Positions 37,781-49,898 of a stretch of 64,000 nucleotides of DNA are shown here, one piece after another (positions within the stretch are counted from its first letter, which is position 1; each line of letters begins with the position of its first letter). The notes under the pieces are model-generated. The model did no database searches. It saw only the letters and a program-made list of their open reading frames with translations, and was not told the origin of the DNA. This stretch comes from Chrysemys picta bellii. Taxonomy: Eukaryota. Made by a program: the position numbers and the translations under genes. The DNA is taken from positions 75,950,001-76,014,000 of the forward strand of contig NC_088795.1 in assembly GCF_011386835.1 (NCBI RefSeq), in the 5' to 3' direction.

Positions 37781-40364
37781 ACAATTGATTGCCATTGAGC
37801 TTATTTGAATACAAGTAATTTTACCAGGTGTTCCGTATTCAGTGTGGGAAATATGGTCACTTTAGCGAATATGCACATCAGTGATTATACTCATGTAAGC
37901 AATCCCATTGATTTAGAGACTACCAGTGTAAATCAAGTTACTTGTGTGGGAAGTTGTCTGCAGGATCAGAGCCTAAATGGCAGAGCAGTAGAAAACTAGC
38001 AAAGTGGTAAATTCCTTCTTATGAATCCAAACACTGGCATCGGTGTCTGATAAATTGGTTCAAGAACATCCAGGCTTAGATGGCCAAAGCTAAATTCGGG
38101 TAAGTTTGATGTTCCCATTTTTATCAGAAAATAATTATTTGTCCAATACCCCATGCCTCTTGCTTTTCGTGGAGATAAACTTTTGCTAGTATCTTCAGTT
38201 ATCATTAACTTTTAAGGCTTGGGTAACAGGTGGTGAGGATTTTACATCAGTACCTGAGTAACTATGCCAGAATTAAACCATTTTTCTTGCAGGTAATCAG
38301 TCTATTTGTATAGAATACTTATTTTAATTTCTTGTCCTTCCTTTTAAGGCCCTTCATCACAAAGCCCCTATCTATACTGCTGATCTGGTATCCATTTTTG
38401 TTCCTTGCACCTCCAGCCACTGATACCAACCTTGTTACGCCTATCATCTTCTCAGACAAACATCTTGTGCCTGTACCAAGCAATATCAACAGCATCTTTC
38501 CCCTTTCATCATTGCTTGTCCTTCCTTCACAGATGGAAGAAACCCATTAATTATCACATGAAAAAACAAATCTTCTTAGTTGTGTGTACTGAACTGAATT
38601 AGAAAGGGATTTTTATGTATGATGATATAATCTGCAGTCACCCTTCCTGCATATATCAGGTACACTCCAACTGAATAAGGGTTTTTTCAGGGGGGGAAAA
38701 GAGCACAGAAGTCCAGGAACTGCCTAGAAAGCCCATTCAAGATCAGCTGTGGGTGGTATCTCTGAGAGCCGGTCCTCCTGGGCTAAAAGAGCTTGGACCT
38801 GACAGAAACTAATCAGGGCCCAGCAGGCAAGATAAAAAGGACTGGCACTTTCTACCTTGGTCCAGTTCTGGGTGAAGCTGGGATAGGATAGATGGATCCC
38901 TCCCTCTGTCTTAATCCCCAAAGCCTGGCCAGGTCTATTCTGGTCCTAGCTTTCAATGCATCTTTAAGTATGAATCACTGAAAGACAATTTTGTTTACTT
39001 TGTGGAATATAAGGGCCAGCTGGACTGAATATTAATATGACTGGGGTAAGACTAGGTGAGTTTGCTTTGTGAGCTGCTCCTCTGGCTCAGGTGAGTCTGG
39101 GATTCCTATCTTATGCATTGGTCAAGGTTACTGGGGAGTCTGTTACTTACATGTTGAAATTAGATAAAAGACCAGTTTTTACATACACATCTAATGAAAA
39201 CCTAAGGCCTGAATCTGTTTCCATTCAATTCAATAGCAAAACTCCTGTTTGAATGGGAACAAGATCCCGTCACCTTTAAGGGGTAGCCCACACTTGGGAG
39301 TGGTGTGAAAGGGTATCATGCAGTGGGAGCTTTTGGAACTCTAAATAGAGCTGATCAGAAAATGCTTCCCCCCACCCCCATAGAAAATGTTGATGTTTCA
39401 TTGAAACAAAACAACAACATTAAGAAACTTGGTCAAAGCTCACCAAAACCTAAAATTGTTAATTTTTAACAGGGTGGATTTGATCCAAATCAAATTGATT
39501 TAAATCACTAGTCAAGACAACTTGATTTAATCATGCATTTCTATATAATAAGTGCATTCTTGTTAGTTATAACCTTAATACAAATTCTTCACAATTCAGA
39601 GATAGATGTAGGTTTCATTTTTAGAAGGTACACACCATACATTTTTAAAGTGATTTATTTTGAAAACTTCAGATTAGTTTTACAGCTATAACCAAATGAT
39701 CATTCATTTTCTGATATTTCATTTACCAAAGGTAAATGAAGCAGATATTTATGAAGTCATTGGGAGGTGAACAATCTCCAATTCAATAGGAAAGTCATTA
39801 ATATTTGGAGGATTTTTTGCCATGCTGTATTAGGAGAACATTACCAGACCGACATTTAAATTGTTGTGTTTAGTTAAATAAAACAACATTATGTATTCTG
39901 TTTTTTCCTTCAGCAGCAAACATTTTAACAAAACAAGCATATGAATTTTGTTAAACATTTGAGTTTTTTAAAATCAGGTTGGTTTGTTAAAATTGTTTAA
40001 CTAAAATAGTTAATGAAATATTAAAAAAAAATAGAGTATGTCAGCCAGCTCAAAATGAGAAACTTAAAATATTGGCTGCTGCAGCTAACTCAGTCATCTT
40101 CACCTTCATTTTCCTGTTTTTGTTCCCCCCCCCCCCAGATTATAAACAAAGCTTTTCTGCTTTTTCATGTCCCAAATGATTTCTCAATTTGGAATGAATT
40201 AGTCCAGAGGAAGAAAATATTCTCTTTCTACACTGGCAGAAGAAGCTACTGCTGTTAAAAGTGAGATAAAGCACTTGGATTCAGAGACTGGAAGTCACTT
40301 TATCACTTCACCAGTTCAGTGGTGTGACTTTCTTTAAAAGATCAGCAAACATATTTCTTGAATA

Positions 40365-40519
40365 TCAGAGGGGTAACCGTGTTTGTCGCTTTTTACAGAA
40401 CCAGACTAAGAGTCCCGTGGCAACTTATAGACTAACAGACGTATTGGAGCTTTCACCCACGAAAGCTTATGCTCCAATATGTCTGTTAGTCTATAAGGTG
40501 CCACAGGACGCTTTATTGC
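40365..40519. mobile_element. Penelope-like fold-back fragment inserted in the hAT
   Basis: Inverted arms 40417-40450 / 40471-40504; 12-bp TSD atttcttgaata; only the 3' half of the hammerhead remains. Confidence 0.8.
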
Positions 40520-40659
40520 ATTTCTTGAATAGTTCACCCTTAGCTCTGAAGTTTGATAGTTGGCATTATGGAGGGACGATTGCTGGACATCCATGTCATA
40601 GACAACTCCTCTTCAGCAGTTAATGTTTGACCCTGGTACCAAGTATTGAGAATATTTGC

Positions 40660-42347
40660 AAGAAAATGAGCTGGAAATAGTACTTGTCCCATTTGTTTTT
40701 TTAATGCTTGTAATTTAACTCTGTCATTGCATATTTCTCTTTTTAAGATCTCAGCTTAGTTCCTTCCAAATTTCAACAGCATCAGCAATACAACAGCTAT
40801 TTCCCTGCATTTTGTTCAAGGCTACAGAAATAGGCTTCAGGGTACTCAGCACATGTTCCACATTTCTCTTAATTCCCAATGTTGAGAATTTTGGCTGTGA
40901 CAGTGCCATCTATTTTTTTCATGATTTTGTTCAAACTCATCAGATTAGGCCAGTTCTTGATATAGTGCTCAAAACAGTCCACTACTGAGTTCCATTGCAC
41001 ATCTTGTGGGAGAGTTAGCTTGGTTCCTTCCTTTTTCAGAGCAGCTGCTGCAAAGTGGTTGTTACAGAAGTATTTTGCAATTTCAACAACATTAGCCTTT
41101 ATTTCTGGAACACTGAAGTCTTTGGCTAGAAGGTGCATCAAATGAGTACTGCAACTGTATGTTATTAGGTTGGGACTCTTCAGAATAATTTCTTCTCATC
41201 TTGGATACATTTGCAGCATGGTCTGTGACCAAGCTGTGTACTAGACATTTGAATTTTTTTCTACAGTTTGTTATAGCTTTTACTGCTACTTCTTGTAACT
41301 ATTCTGCTGTGTTTACATTTCCTGATGTATCGATTGTTTCTGTAAGGAAGATATTCCCTTCTTCTGTTGTCACACAACCACATACAACAGGATCATTGTG
41401 GACATTGTTAACCTGAGAGTCTTGATGGGTGGAGCAATTTTACCCTCTACACCTTTTGCACACTGCTCAATTTCTCTTTCATACACTTTATCCAGCAATT
41501 TGCCTGCGACATCTGCCCTGTTGGGTGGACTGTATCCTGGTCTTAATGACTGAACCATGTTAATGAAGTGTGGGTTCTCAATCACATGGAGAGTTTGTTG
41601 CATAAACAAACTGGGCAATTTTCTCATCAATTACCTCTTTTTGTAATCTGCTGGTTCTTATCACAAACTTAATTATAGTTGTTTCTGGATGATGGATTTT
41701 CCCCCCCTCTTTTTGCTACAGGTGATATACTGTGGCTAGGTGACATACATGATGTGACTGAAACACTATCATTGGCAGACAACTGAAACTATAGAAAATG
41801 ATGGTAATCTTGAAGGTGGATAGTCTTCAGAATCCTGTATGTTGAGGATGGATTCTCCTAACCAAAATAAGTCAATACAGTTATTTAATTACTATTATCA
41901 TCATGCTCATTTAGTATTACTCATTGCATTCACTGACACTCAGTACTACTTTAAAGATGAAATTGTAAAAAGATCTGCCTATTTCAGCTATTTTTATCAC
42001 AACTGCATCTAAAATGATAGTACCATAGAACAACTATATTTTTTGCTCAAACATGAGAATTCAAGAATAGTCCAGAAGGAAGACAAGCAGTCCTTAAGAA
42101 AGAAGTATGAAATAAGGAAGTTTACCAACCTGAAGATCCTGCATGTTCAGACATGTTCCTTTCATTATCTTCAGCACAGCTTCCTCCTGAGAAGGAACAC
42201 TTCTCATGATGTTGTTTCATTTGGGGAACCAGGCCTTGCATTTCTTTGTTGCACTGTTTGCATTTTGCATGCATGCCTGTCTTACCCACAGGTAGAGGAA
42301 CTTCGTTAAAATGTCCCCCAACTGGGTCTTTTACAACCTGCTGCCAT
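40660..42347 (-). pseudogene. hAT transposase pseudogene with N-terminal BED finger and one intron
   Basis: Exon 1 42347-42130 (frameshifted; HFNEV..AKCKQCNKE..MKQHHEKC), intron 42129-41858 (gttggt..ttggttag), then ENPHFINMVQSLRPGYSPPNRADVAGKLLDKVYE and LPQDVQWNS. Confidence 0.8.
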
Positions 42348-42368
42348 TATAGGTTTTCCCTTCTAGTG

Positions 42369-42577
42369 AAAAGCAACAGAGGGTCCTGTGGCACCTTTAA
42401 GACTAACAGAAGTATTGGAGCATAAGCTTTCGTGGGTGAATGCCCACTTCATCAGATGCAAGAGCGTGAATGCCCACGAAAGCTTATGCTCCAATACTTC
42501 TGTTAGTCTTAAAGGTGCCACAGGACCCTCTGTTGCTTTTTACAGATTCAGACTAACACGGTTACCCCTCTGATACC
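42369..42577. mobile_element. Penelope-like fold-back fragment inserted in the hAT
   Basis: Identical 68-bp inverted arms 42369-42436 / 42473-42540 with a 36-nt spacer. Confidence 0.85.
42420..42459 (-). ncRNA. minimal type-I hammerhead ribozyme motif, canonical core
   Basis: GCAT-CTGATGA-A-GTGGG-cattca-CCCAC-GAAA-GCTT-ATGC; predicted cut after CUU, between 42424 and 42423. Confidence 0.75.
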
Positions 42578-43261
42578 CTTGTGAGAGAATGGTATGATAG
42601 ATCTCAGATCAATGAAGGCTACACTCAAAGACCACAAGACTTCTGGAATATGCTGCTCAAATAGTTTCACTTTTGTTTCTGCTGCCTGTCCCTCCCTTCT
42701 CACATTTATCTCCAGACTTCTTCTCCTTGTCCAGATCTATTCCACCCCCAACAATCTTTTATTCATTGAACTTTTTGAAACTTTGCACTTTGAGAGCAGT
42801 AAGGGATTGACTTTGCATACACAAGTTTGCAGAGGGACAATAGGGTTGAAGTCTGTTATTTCTCACCTCTATATATTTATTTAAAACATTTTTGCTGTTA
42901 ACAAGCATATTATCTCTGGAGACAAATCCACAGTTTGAGAACTGCAAAACTAAGCATCTCTGATGGTATCTTCTACTGAACACAGAGTCCAATTGGGTAG
43001 ATAGAAAGATTAACCTAAATAATCTATACAGAAGCCCCTGGAACCTCATAAAATTGGGTCCCTAATCCATGAACTATTGGAACTCATTTACAAAACTTTT
43101 CTTAAACATTACATAATTATATTGTCTCATACTATAGATTTATAATTCCTATTCCATGAGAAGATATCTTAAAACTATCTTTAGATCAGATTTTTTGATC
43201 AAATGCTTTTTGTGGGGAAAACAACTTTTTTTTTTTTAGTTGATTTTTTCCACCCTGTTTA

Positions 43262-44341
43262 ATTAAATACTCCTGGGGGAATTCTGTCCCACTGCACATG
43301 TGCAGAATTTCTGTCCCCTGCTGATTTCTTTGCTTCCCTGCAGAAAAAATGAACTTCTGACAGGGAAGCAAAGGAAAGCCACAAAAGCAGTCATGTGACC
43401 CTCCCCAGCAGTATGTTTTGGGTGCCCAGGGCAGCCGACGGAGAGGTAAATCACTGTGGGGCAGGGGAAGACCCAGCTGGTGGCTCCTACCCTGTGCTGG
43501 GCTCAGCTGCTAGTCCCAGCTGGGCTGGGGAGGATGGGACTTCCTCTTCCCCTGCAGGGCATCCCGGGCCAGCTCAGACCCACCCCAGCTGCAGGAAGCT
43601 CTGCAAACACCCCCAACCCTGCACCTATCACTCCTCATCTGCAGGGGGAGGTACAGAGAGCTGCACCCCAATCTGCCCAACCCTTGGGCATCCAGACCCC
43701 CTCATACTGAGACCTTTCTGCTGAGCCTCATGCCCCCCCCCAAACGAGCCCCATTCCCTCTGCACCAACCTGATGAGCCACCTGCAGCTGGATACCCACC
43801 ACAGAGCCCTACCCAGCTGCTCCTGGATCCCCCCCGTCAGCATCTGGAGCCCCCCTGAAGAGCCCCCCCACATCCAGACCCTCCTGCTGAACTCTATTTC
43901 CCCCCACACACACACGCACACCCTCATTGATCCTCAACCACCTTCACCTGAACCCCCCTGCAGAGTCATTACTGTTGCTCCCAGAACCACACCCAGATTG
44001 CCTCCCACAGAACCCTTTCAACCTACACCTGGATCCCCCACACTAAGCCCTTCCATATTTGGATCCTGCCTTCCCACACCTGATATGGAAGGGCAGGGCC
44101 CTGGGGCATTTCTGGTGCAGGCCTGGTCATTGTGCATTGTCAGGGTTGGATGCAGCCCCACCTCTGAGTCAGTGTCTGGGGGGTGGGGGGAAAGAGAGAG
44201 AAGAGAAGGGTACAGTCATCTCCCACCTCTGTGCAGGCAGTGGCCTGTGCTCCCAATACCATGGTGGAGCCTTCACATTTATGACAAATAAAATTTGCAG
44301 AATTTTAAAATATTGGTGCAGAATGCCCTCAGGAATAATTA
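43262..44341. mobile_element. non-autonomous TIR element with GC-rich interior
   Basis: Imperfect TIRs aatactcctgggggaattctg / cagaatgccctcaggaataatt. Confidence 0.65.
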
Positions 44342-46410
44342 AAGTCTAAAATGTTCTGCAGAAGCCAGACACTTGTGGAAAATTTCACTTAGACAGAAAA
44401 CTTTGACAAAAACCCATAAGATAGAAGTTTTTCTGTCAGACTTAATTGTAAACAAAGCCTCATGGAGACTGTTGGGAGCTAAGCTACTGTGCCCCCCCCC
44501 CCTTGCCCAGGTACAGCATTACCTGATGCCTGGTACAGGTGTCAAGGCCTTGACCCGATCATCTTTGGGGAGTTCAGTGCTGCTGGTGGCAACATAATTG
44601 TGTGCAGTCCTTGTGCACTAAAGGCACAAGAACTACATGTGTGCCAAACTTGTGTGCAGGAACTAAAGATGAAATTCTTACTCTATTTAAGTCAATGGCA
44701 AAACTCCTGTTGACCTCAGTATTTCATCCATAGGCCCCAATTCAGCAAGTATGTAATCACTGATGGGACTTACACAAGGACTCTTCCCTTTTAGTCCCAA
44801 TTCCATTTAAGCAGATGTGAGAGATTAGGCTGCTGGTGTGCTGAAACCACTGCACAATGGAAGTGGGTTAATAGTACCTTTATGAATATGCTTGGGAGGG
44901 GGAAAAATAGGAATAATTGATTATGAAGAGTGTAGAATATGTACTTTTGAATGACTTATGAAGTGGGGGAAGGAGGGGTTGTTCACAATATGGATTGATG
45001 TAAGGAAGTGATTGAATTATGAATTGCTATAGATAACTATATTGAGGGATAGTCTTTGCATACTAATTCCCAATGGTCCCTGATCATGTACATTTATTAT
45101 TTTGAATATAAATCATATGATGTGAAGCAGTGATAGAAAAACTTTCTTGATGAAATACAAAACTTGATAGATAAACATGTATTAGAAAAAAGTACATTCA
45201 CTCATGCCCAGGCTGGCCAGCTGCCATTAACACACCAAAACACTAGTAACAGAACCTTACAGGAAAAAATAAAAAGAGTGTATGAACAAGAGCACACACT
45301 GAAACCATGTGAAGACAAAAATGCCCAACCATGGCATGTCCAATAGCCACCTGTTCTCCTTTCTGTTCTTTTCCCATTTGTCTGGAGTTCCTGCTTCAGG
45401 AGCAGTTTGCAGCTATCAGCACCCAAGGTTGGGTCAGAATTCATGAAGGAATCAACAGGATGCTTCATTAGCTTTCTCATGACTTAGCCTGTTATGACTG
45501 CACGCAAACATGCAGAAATCCACAGCCTCTCCCTTCCCCACCCCTGGCACATTTCTGGACAAAATTTCAAACTGCAGTCGTATTTGGAACAAACGGACTA
45601 GATTTGTGAATAGAACATGTTTCCACACACACAGTTCACTGTTTCCAGGCAGCTCAACAGACCATAGAATGGTTACAGAATGGCATATTTACAGGCATGA
45701 CAATGTAAAGTTATTTTTAAGAAACAGGAATGGCCCTAGCACAAGTCGGTACCTTTCCAGTAAAAATACACTTTAAAGATATTCTTTACTGCTTGCATGT
45801 CCCAGTTGCCATACTGAACTCCATTTGGTAGGGAGGGAGCAGGGAGAACCACACCACTGGCATACAATCTGCCATTAGTATAGCTTTTGCATTGGTTCAT
45901 AGAGTGGAAATCCCTCCCATTACTGTATTAATAAACATTAAAATGGAACCAGAAACTTACTGGGCTTAGGGGCAGTTTCTGTCCCATCTGTCTGCTGCAG
46001 GCTCCCCATGGGCTATTTCTCAGGGGGGGCATCAGCTTCTCCAAGTATGGACCTAGAATGTGCACCTGCTGCTCCGGAATTGGTTTCCAGCAACAGCGTG
46101 ACTTCATTGTCCTCCTCAGAGCCTGCTGCTGGTTCCCATCAGTCCCCATGCTGGGTTCTGGGGCCAGCAGGGCACCATCTCAGCTGAGGAGGTCATTATG
46201 CATCCTGGTTGGCACCATGCTGGGTACAGTGCCCAGTACCCAGTCAAACTCCTCATAAAACAGGCATGATTTGGGGGAGTTGCCCAAATTGCAGTTCTGG
46301 TATTTTCTCTTCAGCCACTTAATCGGCTCCCTGCACTGGTCACCAATCCAGTAAATTTGGCAAGCTGCCAGCTTCTTCACTATTTGCTGGTATGCCTGGC
46401 TATTCCTGGT

Positions 46411-46531
46411 TAGGGGACCAGATGTTCCAATTTTATAGGGACAGTCCCAATATTTGGGGCTGTCTCTTATATAGGCACCTATTACCCCCACCCCCATCCT
46501 GATTTTTCACACTTGCTGTCTGGTCACCCTA
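46411..46531. mobile_element. hAT MITE (tagggtgacc family)
   Basis: Same family as 33852; TSD ttcctggt/ttcctagt. Confidence 0.85.
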
Positions 46532-46867
46532 TTCCTAGTACTCTTATTAAAGTCCACAGTTTTGCTGGCTTCGCACCAGGGGTTTACCAAAAGCTGTGCT
46601 GTGCTCCTCTGACCATGAGGTAGCATGCTTGTTCTGTTCAGTCTCTATTGAAAACACAGAAGGCTCTCCAATGGTGTGTTAGCAGTTCGTAATCCTTCCA
46701 GTGATCAGAAGACTAACACATTGACTCACTGAGCTGCTGCAGTACATCAAGGCTGATTGCTTCTATTTTCAAGTAGAAGCAAAACTCTAGAGAAAGAGGA
46801 AAAAGGAAGTTGATCCATGGGATTGTGGGATACTTTTGGGAGGACTCCCAGGACCTGAGTCAAGTGG

Positions 46868-47030
46868 AGCTGCATCTACACTGCAAAGCAATAGGGCTCA
46901 AATCTTGGATTAAGGCTTGACCTGGGCTCAGACCCTGGGTTAATTTGATTTGTGTGTGGATGGAAGGGGGGGAGGGGTTAGGCTTGAGCCAGAGTCTGAT
47001 CCTAGGCTTACATTGTAGTGTAGACATACC
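46868..47030. mobile_element. Harbinger-type MITE (old)
   Basis: ..tctacactgca / tgtagtgtagacatacc termini. Confidence 0.55.
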
Positions 47031-47179
47031 TGTTGGTTTCTCAAAACATGAAAGACACCAGAGCAGGAGTGCATGTATGTGGTTAGGACTTGCATGTTGT
47101 ATATAGTTAGTAAACATGATTATTTGGATCCCACTGTACCCATCTGGGTTCCTTCATAGTATGAATGTTATAAAGAGCA

Positions 47180-48680
47180 AAAGATACAGCCTTTGGCTAT
47201 GGAGATGGGATACTGATCCAAGAATACAGTGAAATACAGAGTGATTGCATAGTCCTCCTGAAACTGAAAAGGAAACTGCTCCCACTGGGAATGAACTGCT
47301 TTTTAGAGAGAAAAAACCAAAACCATTTTTAAAGGTTAAAAATGGCTGGATTTGGGATAATGGACTTACAGCTCAGAGAACTGTCTGAACTATATCAACA
47401 GACTGGAATATATACTCAACTGATGGGGGGGAAAAAGAGTGGTGGTTTTACTGATTGAAATGGGGGCTAAAACTTATATCCTGCCGCTTAGCTAACAGCT
47501 GACAATTAAACCCACAAAACATTTGTTGAGATTATGGACATTCTGCAAAATCACCTATCCTGGAAGCCACTGGTCATTGCAGAGCAATTCTGCTTTTATA
47601 AAATGAAGACGAACCAATTCCTGAATATATGGCTGGATTAAATAAATTAACAGAACCTTGCCAGTTTGGAGAAAGTTTAAATGGATGTGTTTAGGGACCA
47701 TTGTGTCCCCACTCCCCCCATGGTAGGGAGTATGCAAAGTGAAGCAATCCAGAAGCAGTTATTGACTGAGGTGGATTTGACTCTAAACCATGGACTATAA
47801 ATTGCTTTATCAATAGAGTCAACCAACAAGGAAAAGCAACAGCATCATGTACTCTGTGGAACAAATAAAGTGAAGCTCAAGCAGGAAGCACAGCACAGAC
47901 AACACTCAAAGACTGTTTCCCCAGTGAAAGCACAGTCTCACAATGAAAATTAGTGTTGTTTCAAGGACAATCCCTGTAGAAATTGCAAGAAATTGGGGTA
48001 CACATAGAAAATGTACAGGGCAAAAAGCATAACAGCCATCTCATAACAATGCCAGAGGATTCTAGATTCATCAGCTTGAGAACATGGAATCCACTAAGTA
48101 TGTTCCAATATCTCCACAACTGTTTAATTCAGAAGACAATCAATCAAGTGAATTTCTTTACAAGTGGAAGGAGAAAAAGCTTTAAATATAACTTGATACA
48201 GGGTCTGTTTCTCTAATTTCACAACAGGATTTATCAGAAACTACTTAGAGCTGCAGGAAACCTCAGTGCTACTGAAAACATATAGGGGATACAAGCATAA
48301 GGCCATAGATTATATAGCTCCATTGGCTGAAATTTGGAGACACAAAAATGATTAATGACTTTTGTGAGCCCCCTCTATCTTAGTGCAATAAAAGAGCCTG
48401 GTGCCTCTAATCATGTTGACCCCTTGTGGCTGGCCCCAGCAAGGATAAAAGCTAATGGAATTATTATTTGTGCTTTGGATGCTGGAGATCCCAGGTTAGA
48501 TTCTCATCATACCTTGTATGCAGTCATAGGTGTGATTTTAGTGTCCCACGTAGCCCCTTCTTTTTAAGACCTGTGTCTTCCATGTCTCTGTCCCTACCTC
48601 AAAAATTAGGACCAAATGCTATGTTAATGGGAAATCAGACAAGGACACCTGAAACAAAATATGTATTAACTGATCATCTT
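47180..48680 (+). mobile_element. Gypsy-type LTR retrotransposon gag/protease remnant
   Basis: EYMAGLNKLTEPCQFGESLN (47623-47682, gag-like) and LDTGSVSLIS (48192-48221, aspartic protease motif); heavily decayed. Confidence 0.7.
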
Positions 48681-49703
48681 TTAAATCTTATGGTTTAAAA
48701 ACAAAACAAAAACAAAAAACAGAGTGATACCTCTCATGATTGGAGTTCCAACATCAGCACATCATTAGTATACTAACAAGTTGCCCAGAGGAAGTGAGCA
48801 GCATTTGGTGGATCTCATTGCAAGTCAGTGCATCCAGCACAGCAGTGAACTGCAATGAAGTATTGAGCCATGTCTGAAATACTGCAATGGAGTGAAAAAT
48901 CTGGATCTTTCAATTCCTGGCATCTCTCTGTTGGCTCCAATTGCTATACCAGGCATCAACTGGGCCCAAACTACTTAATTTAAACACTCCAGCTGAAGAC
49001 TAGGTTAGTATAGCATAAACTATAATGTAAAAGATTTGATTAATTTTCATGTATATGACTAAGTCATCATGAAAGATCTTGTATACTGCTGTTATTACAC
49101 AGGTAAGGAAACAAAAGTCAGAGCAGGAGGGGAAACAATTACGTTACTGGCATGTTAATCATTTAAAGAATAACTCTTATGGTGGATTAAAAAAGAACTC
49201 TGGGTATTGTTTTTTAACAAAACATTCATAGATCAGCTACTGAACGGACTAAAACTGTGAGTAGCATGAGTTCTTTTTTGTCACAACACCAGGATACAAA
49301 CAAAATAAAAGGCCAAGAAGCACAAATATAGTAGTGTGGTGCCTCCCCTCAATGACTTCCCTTTCCCCTAGGAGTTGGCACCCATGGTGACCGTCCTGCT
49401 TGCCTTGAGGGAGATCAGAGACATTCTGCCCCAGAAAGGCTGAATGGCTCTTGAACTTTTCTAGCATGTTGGGAAGAGTCCAATACCTCTTTAAGAGGTG
49501 CAGCATATTCCACTGGCCAATGGGGAGACTCATGCCCCTCCCTACCACCTCTATGTGCCTTGTGCATCCTCAGGAATGTACTTCAGTAGCAACCCTGCAC
49601 TTCTCTGTGCGCAGGGGCTGCAATTCTGTCTTACTTGGGCTATGCAAGTTGGGGAGAGGCTCTTTACTCCCTCCTCTCACTGCATAGCTACATGCAAAGA
49701 CTG

Positions 49704-49890
49704 GGGGGAGGGATAGCTCAGTGGTTTGAGCATTGGCCTGCTTAAACACAGGGTTGCGAGTTCAGCCCTTGAGGGGGCCACTTAGGGATCTGGGGCAAAA
49801 TCAGTACTTGGTCCTGCTAGTGAAGGCAGGGGGCTGGACTTGATGACCTTTCAGGGTCCCTTCCAGTTCTAGGAGATGGAATATTTCCAT
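49704..49890 (+). mobile_element. tRNA-derived Pol III SINE with CR1-like tail (tortoise Pol III/SINE type)
   Basis: A box tagctcagtgg, B box gagttcagccc, tail ggacttgatgacctttcagggtcccttccagttct resembling the CR1 3' end. Confidence 0.85.
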
Positions 49891-49898
49891 TAATTTTT

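Larger units (their letters stand above)
39470..43257 (-). mobile_element. decayed autonomous hAT transposon
   Basis: TIR cagggtgga / tccaccctg, subterminal atttaaatca repeats, internal transposase remnants; TSD not confirmed. Confidence 0.85.

Noticed and set aside
38080-38099. ATG GCC AAA GCT AAA TTC GG|gtaagt start-exon candidate (MAKAKFG)
   Set aside because: No promoter features and no convincing next exon; 7 codons is not evidence.
38330-38560. Open frames on both strands
   Set aside because: Sequence resembles an L2 3' remnant (aaggcccttcatcac..cctatctat).
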